From the NCBI RefSeq assembly GCF_000175255.2, contig NC_017262.1, forward strand, positions 150,001 to 182,000: DNA of 32,000 bases. The letters are read 5' to 3'. The stretch's first letter is position 1; each line of letters starts with the position of its first letter. Position numbers and translations under genes: made by a program. The notes under the pieces are model-generated. The model worked only from the letters and a program-made list of their open reading frames with translations. It ran no database searches and was not told where the DNA came from. Source of the stretch: Zymomonas mobilis subsp. mobilis ATCC 10988 (GTDB taxonomy: Bacteria; Pseudomonadota; Alphaproteobacteria; Sphingomonadales; Sphingomonadaceae). Of the stretch, positions 8,975-17,521 are shown piece by piece.

Positions 8975-9787
8975 TTGCCAGAGCTACCAGAAGTTGAAAC
9001 TACCATTCGTGGACTATCTGAAGTCCTGATGGGTGAAAAAATTATAGATGTGAAAGTGCGCCGGGCATCTTTAAGACGGCCAATACCCTCTGATATTCAA
9101 GAAAGGCTAATAGGATCAACTATCATTTCTCTTAGTCGACGCGCAAAATATGGCATTATTGTCAATGATCGGGATGATGCTTTAATTTTTCATCTTGGGA
9201 TGTCCGGTCGATGGAAAATAAATCCTGAAAATTTTGAGAAACACGACCACTTCGTTCTTCAAACAAAAAATAATTTTATAGTTTCACTTTATGACCCGCG
9301 TCGCTTTGGCTCTCTTGATTTAGTAAAAAAAAATCAATTGTTAGAATGGTCTTATTTTAGAAATATCGGGCCAGAACCTTTAACTGGGAATTTTAATCCA
9401 GAATATTTACAGAAGAAGTTATTCTCTTCTTCTGCTCCCATAAAAAAAATATTATTAGATCAAAAAGTAGTTGCTGGCATTGGTAATATTTATGCTTGTG
9501 AGGCTTTGCACCAAGCCAAGATACATCCTCAACGGCCTAGCAAAAATTTAAATTTTGATGAAATAACTTCACTTGTTTTTTCTATCAAAAATATTTTGCA
9601 AAAGGCCATAGCTGAGGGCGGGTCAACCTTAAAAGACTATGCACGACCTAATGGAGAGCTAGGTTATTTTTCGACTAAATTCAAAGTATACGGCAAAGAA
9701 GGTGAACAATGTGAATGTGGTCATACGATCGAGCGTTACACCCTAGGCGGTCGTTCAACTTTTTTGTGTTCTTCATGTCAAAAATAA
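8975..9787 (+). CDS. mutM: Formamidopyrimidine-DNA glycosylase
   Basis: The N-terminal (M)PELPEVET carries the catalytic Pro2 and Glu3. There is a C-terminal C4 zinc finger (CECGH...CSSC). The start codon is TTG. Confidence 0.92.
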   Translation: MPELPEVETTIRGLSEVLMGEKIIDVKVRRASLRRPIPSDIQERLIGSTIISLSRRAKYGIIVNDRDDALIFHLGMSGRWKINPENFEKHDHFVLQTKNNFIVSLYDPRRFGSLDLVKKNQLLEWSYFRNIGPEPLTGNFNPEYLQKKLFSSSAPIKKILLDQKVVAGIGNIYACEALHQAKIHPQRPSKNLNFDEITSLVFSIKNILQKAIAEGGSTLKDYARPNGELGYFSTKFKVYGKEGEQCECGHTIERYTLGGRSTFLCSSCQK

Positions 9788-9798
9788 CCATACAATAT

Positions 9799-11739
9799 TT
9801 ACATATTTTGTTTATTTATATTATTTGATGCAAGTAATTTATTAACTTCTTTTGCCTTATTATTTAACCGGACAGCATTATCGCCGGGCATTCCTGGAAA
9901 TTTAGGCCACATCCCTTGCGCCATCGCATTCAAGCTTTGAGAAGATGAAGATGCTTTTTGCTGATATATCCAATAATTACGCAATACAGTCGCAACATAA
10001 GCGCGGGTTTCTGCATATGGTATAGATTCAATAAAAAGCAGTGGGTCGCCATGATCACGGTCTTTCCAACGGGGCAAGGCAGCTGGACCCGCGTTATAGG
10101 CTGCAATGACTTTGGGCAACAACCCGCCTGTGTAGCTCGTATCCCGTAGCCATTCGATATAGGCTTGACCATATTCAAAGCTGATAGTCGGTTTATCAAG
10201 ATCTTCTATATCAATATTTGTAGCATGTTGTTTAGCGACCAAACGAGCTGTTGCAGGTGTAATTTGCATAACACCTCGCGCACCTTTGTTGCTAACGGCT
10301 CGGCTACGGAACTGGGATTCTTGTAAGGCATGTGCATAAACAAGATAGGGATCTACATGCCAACCGCTTGCAGGAGCCCAATTTGGAGAAGGATAACGTG
10401 CATCAACATCTGCAGAAAAACCCGCGGGACCATGATGGGCTAACCACAATTGTGCCTCTGGTAAACGAAGATAAGATGCTAAATGAATTAAATTGTTATG
10501 GTCTTTAGGGTCGCCTAGTCGTGCTTGGTGTTTTAAAGTTTCACTGGCAAGTTGATATTCGCCAATTTGGTTCAACGCAATGGCTATTCTGATATTAGGC
10601 TGTGTTGTCAAACATTTTAGCTCGTCTTCAGATAAGGCGACAGGTCGAACAGAGGACTTAACAGTTTTTCCTAGGGCTTTTTCTGCCAAGAGACCATAAA
10701 AAGTTTCTGGCATGTGGCTAGCTGAACGTAATAAATTTTGAGTATATTCAGGGTGCCCTGATGCCATCGCGGCTCTGGCTTCCCAGAATAGACCTGCAGC
10801 CTTCATTTCTTTATTTTCGCTATAGGATGCAACACGAGAAAAAGCCTGCATAGCCGCTGAAAAATCTTCTTTTTGCCAATCGGCTAAGCCTTCAACCCAG
10901 CTTGCATCAGTTGTCCAGCGCCCAGTGCCATTTTCGGCTTGAACAGCTAAGCGGCGCGCGGCATCATCATTACCATTTAAATAGTAACTCCATGCAATAC
11001 GTTGAGCCCATTCGGTTTTGATATCATCAGATAAATTTTGTTGAGAATCTTGAAATAAATTTTCAGCCTGATCAGAAGCATCGGCTTTTATTAAAGGCAG
11101 TGCTTTAGTTTCAAAGACCATAGCTGAACGGTTTGTAGCATTGTGGTGATTAACAGGCCTTTGTGGCGCGCCTGATAAAAAGAATAAATTATTTTTTTCT
11201 GGCAGTGGTGGAAGTGTTTTTACACCGTGGTTGTAAGCAAGACGTGCCAAAGCCTCACCCTGAGGTAAGTAAGGTGACTTCTGAATTAAATTGATAATAT
11301 CATCTGGGCTGACTTTAGGTGAATTTTTTGCCAAATAAAGTTCAGCTGTTACAAAACCCGTTAGTAGGCCGTCTGGATTCGAAGATATCCATTGCTGTGC
11401 AGCTTGCCAACTGCCATGGCGTATGGCCGAAAGGCAAGCCTTATATCCCTGTATCTCTCGTGGAGATAAAACTTCTTTTACATTATCTATTGGTACCACA
11501 CGGGACACAACAACTTGCGAAAAATCGGTTTCGCTATTTTCTAATGCAATATCATCATCAGAAAGAAAACCAGGTTCAATAACAGGATTTTTATTTGTTA
11601 CTGTTGCTGCAAACGCGGAGGGTGTAGGAGGGAATAACAAAAAAGACATCGCCAAACTACAGGCTGTTTTAAAATACCGTTTCTTCTTATAAGAAAGAAG
11701 ATTGATATTGCCTTTATTCGTCTGCGGTTGTCTTTTCAT
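9799..11739 (-). CDS. Soluble lytic murein transglycosylase (Slt70-like)
   Basis: A signal peptide ending AFA, a long helical N-terminal region, and a C-terminal SLT domain with the catalytic LQESQF, GVMQITPATA and AYNAGP. Confidence 0.88.
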   Translation of the reverse strand: MKRQPQTNKGNINLLSYKKKRYFKTACSLAMSFLLFPPTPSAFAATVTNKNPVIEPGFLSDDDIALENSETDFSQVVVSRVVPIDNVKEVLSPREIQGYKACLSAIRHGSWQAAQQWISSNPDGLLTGFVTAELYLAKNSPKVSPDDIINLIQKSPYLPQGEALARLAYNHGVKTLPPLPEKNNLFFLSGAPQRPVNHHNATNRSAMVFETKALPLIKADASDQAENLFQDSQQNLSDDIKTEWAQRIAWSYYLNGNDDAARRLAVQAENGTGRWTTDASWVEGLADWQKEDFSAAMQAFSRVASYSENKEMKAAGLFWEARAAMASGHPEYTQNLLRSASHMPETFYGLLAEKALGKTVKSSVRPVALSEDELKCLTTQPNIRIAIALNQIGEYQLASETLKHQARLGDPKDHNNLIHLASYLRLPEAQLWLAHHGPAGFSADVDARYPSPNWAPASGWHVDPYLVYAHALQESQFRSRAVSNKGARGVMQITPATARLVAKQHATNIDIEDLDKPTISFEYGQAYIEWLRDTSYTGGLLPKVIAAYNAGPAALPRWKDRDHGDPLLFIESIPYAETRAYVATVLRNYWIYQQKASSSSQSLNAMAQGMWPKFPGMPGDNAVRLNNKAKEVNKLLASNNINKQNM

Positions 11740-12508
11740 CTATCTTCCCTTTTAATACCCTCAAATCTTTCCATGCTATGGCTTTTAAGGAAGGCGTTTC
11801 CAACAGCATTTTAGGATGCAGCAATGCGAATGCGTCAATATTATCATTATTCACTGTTATTGCGTGTATTTTTTTGCGTGCGTCCATGGTATTCATCTGT
11901 AACAATGCACGATTGGGCGCATCCCCTAAAAGAAGTAGATATCTTGGTTTGATAAGCGAAATATGTTGCGCTGCAATCAAAGTATAGTCATGAAAAGTTA
12001 GAGAATTACCTGCGGCATAGGACGATATTTTAACATAATCTATATGCTCAACAATCGGCGACATAGTCGCAAAATATATATCCTGCTTTTTTATAGATAA
12101 TGTATCTAGCATAGCATGCAATAATCGACCTGCCTTGCCAGAAAAAAGTTGACCTTGAGCCATGTCCTCGGCTTCTGGAGATTCGCTTAAAACCATCAAT
12201 TTAGGCGAAATCTTGACCTCAGAAAAAAGGCATTTTTCTCCAAAAATATTTTGAAGCCATAATTGAAAACTAGATATATTCTGAGGGATGTTTTTTATTA
12301 AAGATGGCGCTGATAATATCTCTTCATTCTTCTTAAAATTTAGCAGGTTATTTTTAGAAAAATTATTTTCTCTGATATTTTTATTGTCCGACGGTTTAAA
12401 TAAAGAATTTTCTGGGTGATTTTTTGAAAACCAATTTTGAGGAATGTCTTGGGTTAAGATGTCAACACCTGCTTGCTGCCACCATTCCAGAAGACTTTTG
12501 AATGCCAT
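11714..12508 (-). CDS. Uracil-DNA glycosylase superfamily protein (family-4-like, divergent)
   Basis: The region LSESPEAEDMAQGQLFSGKAGRLL aligns to UDG family 4 motif A (GEAPGxxEDxxGxPFVGxAGxLL), and HPKMLL aligns to motif B (HPSxxx). There is an N-terminal extension of about 100 aa. The stop overlaps the slt start by 26 nt. Confidence 0.65.
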   Translation of the reverse strand: MAFKSLLEWWQQAGVDILTQDIPQNWFSKNHPENSLFKPSDNKNIRENNFSKNNLLNFKKNEEILSAPSLIKNIPQNISSFQLWLQNIFGEKCLFSEVKISPKLMVLSESPEAEDMAQGQLFSGKAGRLLHAMLDTLSIKKQDIYFATMSPIVEHIDYVKISSYAAGNSLTFHDYTLIAAQHISLIKPRYLLLLGDAPNRALLQMNTMDARKKIHAITVNNDNIDAFALLHPKMLLETPSLKAIAWKDLRVLKGKIDEKTTADE

Positions 12509-12751
12509 ATTCAGGGACCTAATTCCTCAAAACATAAAAATTCTGATCTTAAAGTTACTATCATTGCGGTAACTTATAAAATTGTCGATAAAAATTATTT
12601 ATAAAACCCTTTTGAAAGTAGCATAATTTTCTATTATTCTTCCTTTCCTTTTAGGAAACCTTGTTAAATATACCTTAATATCAAGGTTAAAAATATAATC
12701 GTCCGGCTTGAAAATCTAATTCAGTCAATATCCTATTATCAGTAACCAACG

Positions 12752-12786
12752 ATAACAATCTTCGCTATAGGTTGGATGATTGTTAT
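12752..12786. promoter_or_regulatory. Perfect 9-bp inverted repeat ATAACAATC-N17-GATTGTTAT just upstream of the ETF-QO start
   Basis: Read directly. The right arm ends 16 nt before the ATG at 12803. It is a candidate operator or 5'-UTR hairpin. Confidence 0.3.
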
Positions 12787-12802
12787 ATAAACCATAAGGA
12801 TT

Positions 12803-14458
12803 ATGGGGGAAATGTCAGAACGCGAATCCATGGAATATGATGTTGTCATCGTAGGGGCTGGACCTGCAGGTCTTTCTGCAGCAATCCGGTTAAAGCAGCT
12901 GGCGGAAAAAAACGATCAGGATATTACTGTTTGCGTTTTAGAAAAGGGGGCTGAAGTCGGTGCCCATATTCTTTCTGGGGCTATAATTGACCCCATCGCT
13001 CTCAATGAACTTATCCCAGATTGGCGTGAACGAGGCGCCCCATTGACTGTTAAGGTAACAGAATCCCCGCATTGGGTTTTAACGCCTAAAAAACATTTAA
13101 CCCTGCCATCGATATTTCTTCCATCCTTCATGCATAATAAAGGGTTTTATACGGGATCGCTTGGTTCTTTATGCCGTTGGCTTGCCACAGAAGCTGAATC
13201 CTTAGGTGTCGATATTTTTCCCGGATTTGTCGCAGCAGATATTTTGTATGACGAAAATGACCAAGTAAAAGGTGTCATTACTGGAGATATGGGCGTCGGC
13301 AAAGATGGAAAAGCAAGACCTGATTTCCAGCCCGGTATGGAGCTACGTGGCCGTTATACCTTCTTTGCAGAAGGTGCACGTGGACATCTTACAAAAAGAG
13401 TCATTCGCAAATTCGAGCTCGACGCAGAAAGTCAGCCACAGGTTTATGGCTTAGGGATTAAAGAACTTTGGGAAGTCTTGCCTGAAAAGCATGTCGCTGG
13501 ACGCGTTATCCATACACAAGGATGGCCATTAAAAAGTGAAGTCGGCGGTGGCTTTATTTATCACCAAGAAAATAATCAAGTGTCATTGGGCTTCGTTGTC
13601 GGCCTAGGTTATAGCAATCCTTATCTTTCTCCTTTCCAAGAGTTCCAACGCTGGAAAGAACACCCGTCCATTCGACCCTTGCTGGAGGGGGGGCGCAGGA
13701 TTGCTTATGGTGCACGCGTCATTAACGAGGGTGGTTACCAAGCAATTCCAAAACTTATTTTTCCTGGTGGTGCTCTTATTGGGTGTTCTGCTGGTTTTGT
13801 TAATGTTCCTCGTATCAAAGGTACACATGGGGCAATGAAATCTGCTATGTTAGCAGCTGAAGCGGCCTTCGCGGCTATACAGAAAGAGACTCCATCTGAT
13901 CTACTGCAAGACTATCCTGATAATTTTGAAAAAAGTTGGCTTGCTGCTGAGCTCAAAAATGCCAGGAATGCAGAACCTGCTATTGCTCATTTTGGTCCTT
14001 TAATAGGTTCTGCTATTGCAGGAACAGATCTTTGGATGAGAAGTCTAGGGATCAAATTACCGTTTACATTAGGGCATCGTCCTGACAATTCTACACTTGT
14101 TTCCAAAGATAAGGCTAAAAAGCTAAATTATTCTAAAGCTGATGGGACAATCAGTTTTGATCGTTTGTCATCTGTTTATCTCTCAAATACGCAGCATGAT
14201 GAAAATGAACCTTGTCATCTAAAGCTGAAAGACCCTTCTGTCGCGATAAAGGTAAATTGGGAAGAATATGATTCTCCAGAAAGTCGTTATTGTCCAGCTG
14301 GGGTCTATGAAATCATAGAAGAAGACAGTAAGCCACGACTTCAAATAAATGCGCAAAATTGCCTGCACTGCAAAACTTGCGATATCAAAGATCCGACTGG
14401 GAATATCGAATGGGTAGCGCCTCAAGGTGGCGAAGGCCCAAACTATCCCAATATGTAA
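12803..14458 (+). CDS. Electron transfer flavoprotein-ubiquinone oxidoreductase
   Basis: An FAD-binding motif YDVVIVGAGPAGLSAA, the typical length of about 550 aa, and a C-terminal 4Fe-4S motif CLHCKTCDIKDP. An alternative start at 12812 is possible. Confidence 0.9.
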   Translation: MGEMSERESMEYDVVIVGAGPAGLSAAIRLKQLAEKNDQDITVCVLEKGAEVGAHILSGAIIDPIALNELIPDWRERGAPLTVKVTESPHWVLTPKKHLTLPSIFLPSFMHNKGFYTGSLGSLCRWLATEAESLGVDIFPGFVAADILYDENDQVKGVITGDMGVGKDGKARPDFQPGMELRGRYTFFAEGARGHLTKRVIRKFELDAESQPQVYGLGIKELWEVLPEKHVAGRVIHTQGWPLKSEVGGGFIYHQENNQVSLGFVVGLGYSNPYLSPFQEFQRWKEHPSIRPLLEGGRRIAYGARVINEGGYQAIPKLIFPGGALIGCSAGFVNVPRIKGTHGAMKSAMLAAEAAFAAIQKETPSDLLQDYPDNFEKSWLAAELKNARNAEPAIAHFGPLIGSAIAGTDLWMRSLGIKLPFTLGHRPDNSTLVSKDKAKKLNYSKADGTISFDRLSSVYLSNTQHDENEPCHLKLKDPSVAIKVNWEEYDSPESRYCPAGVYEIIEEDSKPRLQINAQNCLHCKTCDIKDPTGNIEWVAPQGGEGPNYPNM

Positions 14459-14493
14459 AAATACCAAGAAACAAAAAGGTCAGATTAAATAAC

Positions 14494-14552
14494 TCTTGCC
14501 ATGGTACTAGGTCGGAAGCCTATCTTTTTGGTAGAGTTTCGCCATGGCAAGA
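14494..14552. repeat. Perfect 11-bp inverted repeat TCTTGCCATGG ... CCATGGCAAGA with a 37-nt loop (stem-loop candidate)
   Basis: Read directly in the 117-bp spacer between ETF-QO and the TPR gene. The arms are at 14494-14504 and 14542-14552. Confidence 0.6.
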
Positions 14553-14575
14553 AACTTTAGTCTGTTTTATCAGTT

Positions 14576-16219
14576 ATGACCCCACTTCCTCGTCTTATAG
14601 CGCTATCGCTATTATTCACTTTTCCATTAGCCTCGGCTTCTGCGCATAAAGTGAAGCAGTCCCCCCTTCAACGTTATGTAGAAGGGCAAGTGGCATCATT
14701 TTCTGGTAATCCAGATCTTGCCGCTCGCGATTTTTTCTCTGTTTTTGAAGAACATCCCGACGATGCTCGTCTTGCTCTAAAGACTTATCGTCAGGCACAA
14801 ATCGCAGATAATACAAAAATAATATTATCAACATTATCCCATATGGAAAAAGATGGCTTCCGAACAGGGGATGGGCCATTCCTTATTCTGGCAAGAGCCG
14901 TTCAGCAGCATAAATGGAAAGAAGCCCATCAACTCATCGATCGGATGGAGCAGAACCATTACCCACTCTTTCCCTTTGCACCGCTATTGCGGGCATGGGT
15001 CAAATTCGGATCAGGAGAAAAAAATCCTTTAGCTGAATTAGACAAAGTAGATGCGTCGATACAGATTTTTGTACCCGAAACGCGTGGATTGCTGCTTCTG
15101 GCGATGGGGAAATATGATGAAGCATGGCCTTTTCTTGATCCGGTAATGGAAGGCGGAAGCGGTCGGGCAAACCATTTGCGAATTATTGCTGCGGGGATAA
15201 TGTCGCACCGTAACGCTCCCAAATTTAGGGCTTTGTTGGAAGGTTCCAGTGCTTCTTTAGCGAAAGCTAGACTGCTGTTGGAAAAGAATCCTAAAGCATT
15301 CCCGACTAAGCTGACAGCCGAGCTTGGTCTTTCTGAATTATTTCTTCGCCTTGCCTCTTTTATGGGAGACAAGCAAAGTCTGATGAAGCCTATTGGTTTG
15401 GGGTTAGGGCGTGCATCCTCTTGGATGACACCCGATAATGCAGAGAGTTGGTTGGTCACAGCTGAAATTTTATCTTCTATCAGACAGTTATCAGATGCCA
15501 GAATTGCTCTTGATCATATTTTTGCCGACGATCCTTTTTATAATCTGGCTAATTCAATGAAAATATCGTTCTTCTTACAAGAAGGACGAAAGGATATGGC
15601 GCTCAATCTTGCTCGCCATGTTGTTGAGCAACCCGATGCAACTGTTGAAGATTGGTATAATTTAGCTGAAATAGAAGGCGATAACGGAAATTTTGAGGCA
15701 GCTTTATCCGCTTTGGCTCATGTTGAACGCGTAAAGTCTCAAGACTGGCAAATGTGGATATTAAAAGGCACTTTGTTAGATTCTGCTGGACGTTGGCCAG
15801 AAGCAAAAGCGGCCTATCAGCAGGCTGTTTCTTTGGCACCAGAGAATCCGATTACTTTGAATACCTTGGGATATTCACAATTGGAGAAGCGCGAAAATAT
15901 TCAAGACGCAAGCTTGCTGATTATGAAGGCCTTGAAAGTGATGCCGCTTGATCCTGCGATTATTGATTCATTTGGTTGGAGCCAATATCTTTCTGGTAAC
16001 ATTAACACCGCGATTTTAGTTTTAGAAAAAGCCGTTCAAAATGCGCCGCAAGAATCTACTATTTCCGAGCATTTAGGCGATGCCTATTGGACGGCTGGAC
16101 GGCATTTCGAAGCTCGCTATTCGTGGCAAGCCTCGTTAGTAACGGCAGAAGAAAAATCAATATCACGTATTAAGAAAAAAATAGAATTAGGTTTAACCTC
16201 TGATCTAGCTGCACCTTGA
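14576..16219 (+). CDS. Secreted tetratricopeptide-repeat protein
   Basis: A signal peptide (LLFTFPLASASA-HK) and TPR-like helical repeats in the C-terminal half (WYNLAEIEGDNGNFEAALSAL, GRWPEAKAAYQQAVSLAPENP, HLGDAYWTAGRHFEARYSWQASL). Confidence 0.75.
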   Translation: MTPLPRLIALSLLFTFPLASASAHKVKQSPLQRYVEGQVASFSGNPDLAARDFFSVFEEHPDDARLALKTYRQAQIADNTKIILSTLSHMEKDGFRTGDGPFLILARAVQQHKWKEAHQLIDRMEQNHYPLFPFAPLLRAWVKFGSGEKNPLAELDKVDASIQIFVPETRGLLLLAMGKYDEAWPFLDPVMEGGSGRANHLRIIAAGIMSHRNAPKFRALLEGSSASLAKARLLLEKNPKAFPTKLTAELGLSELFLRLASFMGDKQSLMKPIGLGLGRASSWMTPDNAESWLVTAEILSSIRQLSDARIALDHIFADDPFYNLANSMKISFFLQEGRKDMALNLARHVVEQPDATVEDWYNLAEIEGDNGNFEAALSALAHVERVKSQDWQMWILKGTLLDSAGRWPEAKAAYQQAVSLAPENPITLNTLGYSQLEKRENIQDASLLIMKALKVMPLDPAIIDSFGWSQYLSGNINTAILVLEKAVQNAPQESTISEHLGDAYWTAGRHFEARYSWQASLVTAEEKSISRIKKKIELGLTSDLAAP

Positions 16220-16512
16220 AAATAGTTATTTAAATTTATTGAGAATAAAAAACATTTAAACATATTAAATATTTTGATTTTTTAAAAAATTCTTTTTTTA
16301 TAGTGTTATTTTAAATTAATATTTGCGCTTTATGTGAATTTTTTGCGAAAAAGATTCATGTGTTAATAACGGTATTTTATCTATTTTAAGCTACTCATTG
16401 TCGATTTTAAAAAATTCTGACTAAAGTTGTTTAGAAAACAGATGCAGAGTTTTCCTAATCCGTTATAGCCCTATTTTAAGAATGTTACGTCATTATTAGG
16501 AAAGTTTTTGCG

Positions 16513-17361
16513 GTGCCCAAGCTAACAGAAATAGCCTATGCCAAAATTAATCTGGCGCTTCATGTGCGGGGAAAAATGCCGAATGGTTATCACGCATTAG
16601 AGACTATTTTTGCTTTTGCTAAAGATGGCGATATTCTCCAAGCCGAAGTGAATGATACAGAAGATAATTTAACGATTACGGGTCCTTTTTCAGAAGGATT
16701 AGAAGCCAATAAAGATAATCTTGTTTTAAGGGCAGTCACAGCTTTACGGCAGGCCTGTCCTAATAAAATACCCGCTGGATTTTCTATTATTCTTGATAAA
16801 AGATTGCCCGTTGCAGCTGGTATCGGCGGCGGATCAGCTGATGCTGCGGCTATGCTGCGGATGATCGGGCAACATTATCAAATTCCTCATGAACTGCTTT
16901 TATCCCTTGCTAATAGTCTTGGTGCAGATGTGCCTGCTTGTGTTGATTCCTGTTTAGTAAGAGGGGAAGGCGTTGGCGAAAAACTGACACAGATTGGTGA
17001 CCGGTCTTTGGAAGAAAAACCCCTATTATTAGTAAATCCTAGAGTATCCTGTTCGACCCCAATGATTTTTAAAAACTGGGATGGTATTGATCGAGGCGCA
17101 TTGGATAGCGATGGGTCTATATTAGGTGCCGCCCGATCTGGGCGTAATGATTTGGAGCCACCGGCAAGGAAGATATTGCCGATTATTGGAGAAGTCGTTG
17201 AGTGGTTACAACAACAAAAAGGGGTCAGTTTTTCTCGGATGTCAGGATCGGGAGCAACTTGTTTCGCACTTTTTGATGAAATTGAAGACCGAGATGCGGC
17301 CTACAAAAAATTGAATATTGACCATCCAGAGTGGTGGGCTTTGTCGTCATTATTACGATGA
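16513..17361 (+). CDS. ispE: 4-diphosphocytidyl-2-C-methyl-D-erythritol kinase
   Basis: [11 protein letters not shown] at the N-terminus, the GHMP kinase motif [15 protein letters not shown], and [12 protein letters not shown]. The start is GTG with aggaaag 8 nt upstream. Confidence 0.92.
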   Translation: MPKLTEIAYAKINLALHVRGKMPNGYHALETIFAFAKDGDILQAEVNDTEDNLTITGPFSEGLEANKDNLVLRAVTALRQACPNKIPAGFSIILDKRLPVAAGIGGGSADAAAMLRMIGQHYQIPHELLLSLANSLGADVPACVDSCLVRGEGVGEKLTQIGDRSLEEKPLLLVNPRVSCSTPMIFKNWDGIDRGALDSDGSILGAARSGRNDLEPPARKILPIIGEVVEWLQQQKGVSFSRMSGSGATCFALFDEIEDRDAAYKKLNIDHPEWWALSSLLR

Positions 17362-17447
17362 ATCTATAACGATGATTAAAATTTTAAAAAATATTTAAAA
17401 TATTGTAAAAATTAAAAGTAATTAATTAAAGTTAATCTAAATAAAAA

Positions 17448-17490
17448 CCTTATAGATGATATAAGATCGTCTATAAGGTTTTTTGTGTTT
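17448..17490 (+). terminator. Rho-independent terminator downstream of ispE
   Basis: A 9-bp stem ccttataga / tctataagg (17448-17456 and 17470-17478) with a 13-nt loop, followed by ttttttgtgttttt. It is preceded by an A-run, so it could act in both directions. Confidence 0.7.
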
Positions 17491-17521
17491 TTCTTAAGCG
17501 TAAATCGATAGAGGTTGAGTC

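Noticed and set aside
14959-15459. A 166-aa ORF antisense to the TPR gene
   Set aside because: It lies fully inside a better-supported gene that has a signal peptide and TPR repeats. No motifs are recognisable.
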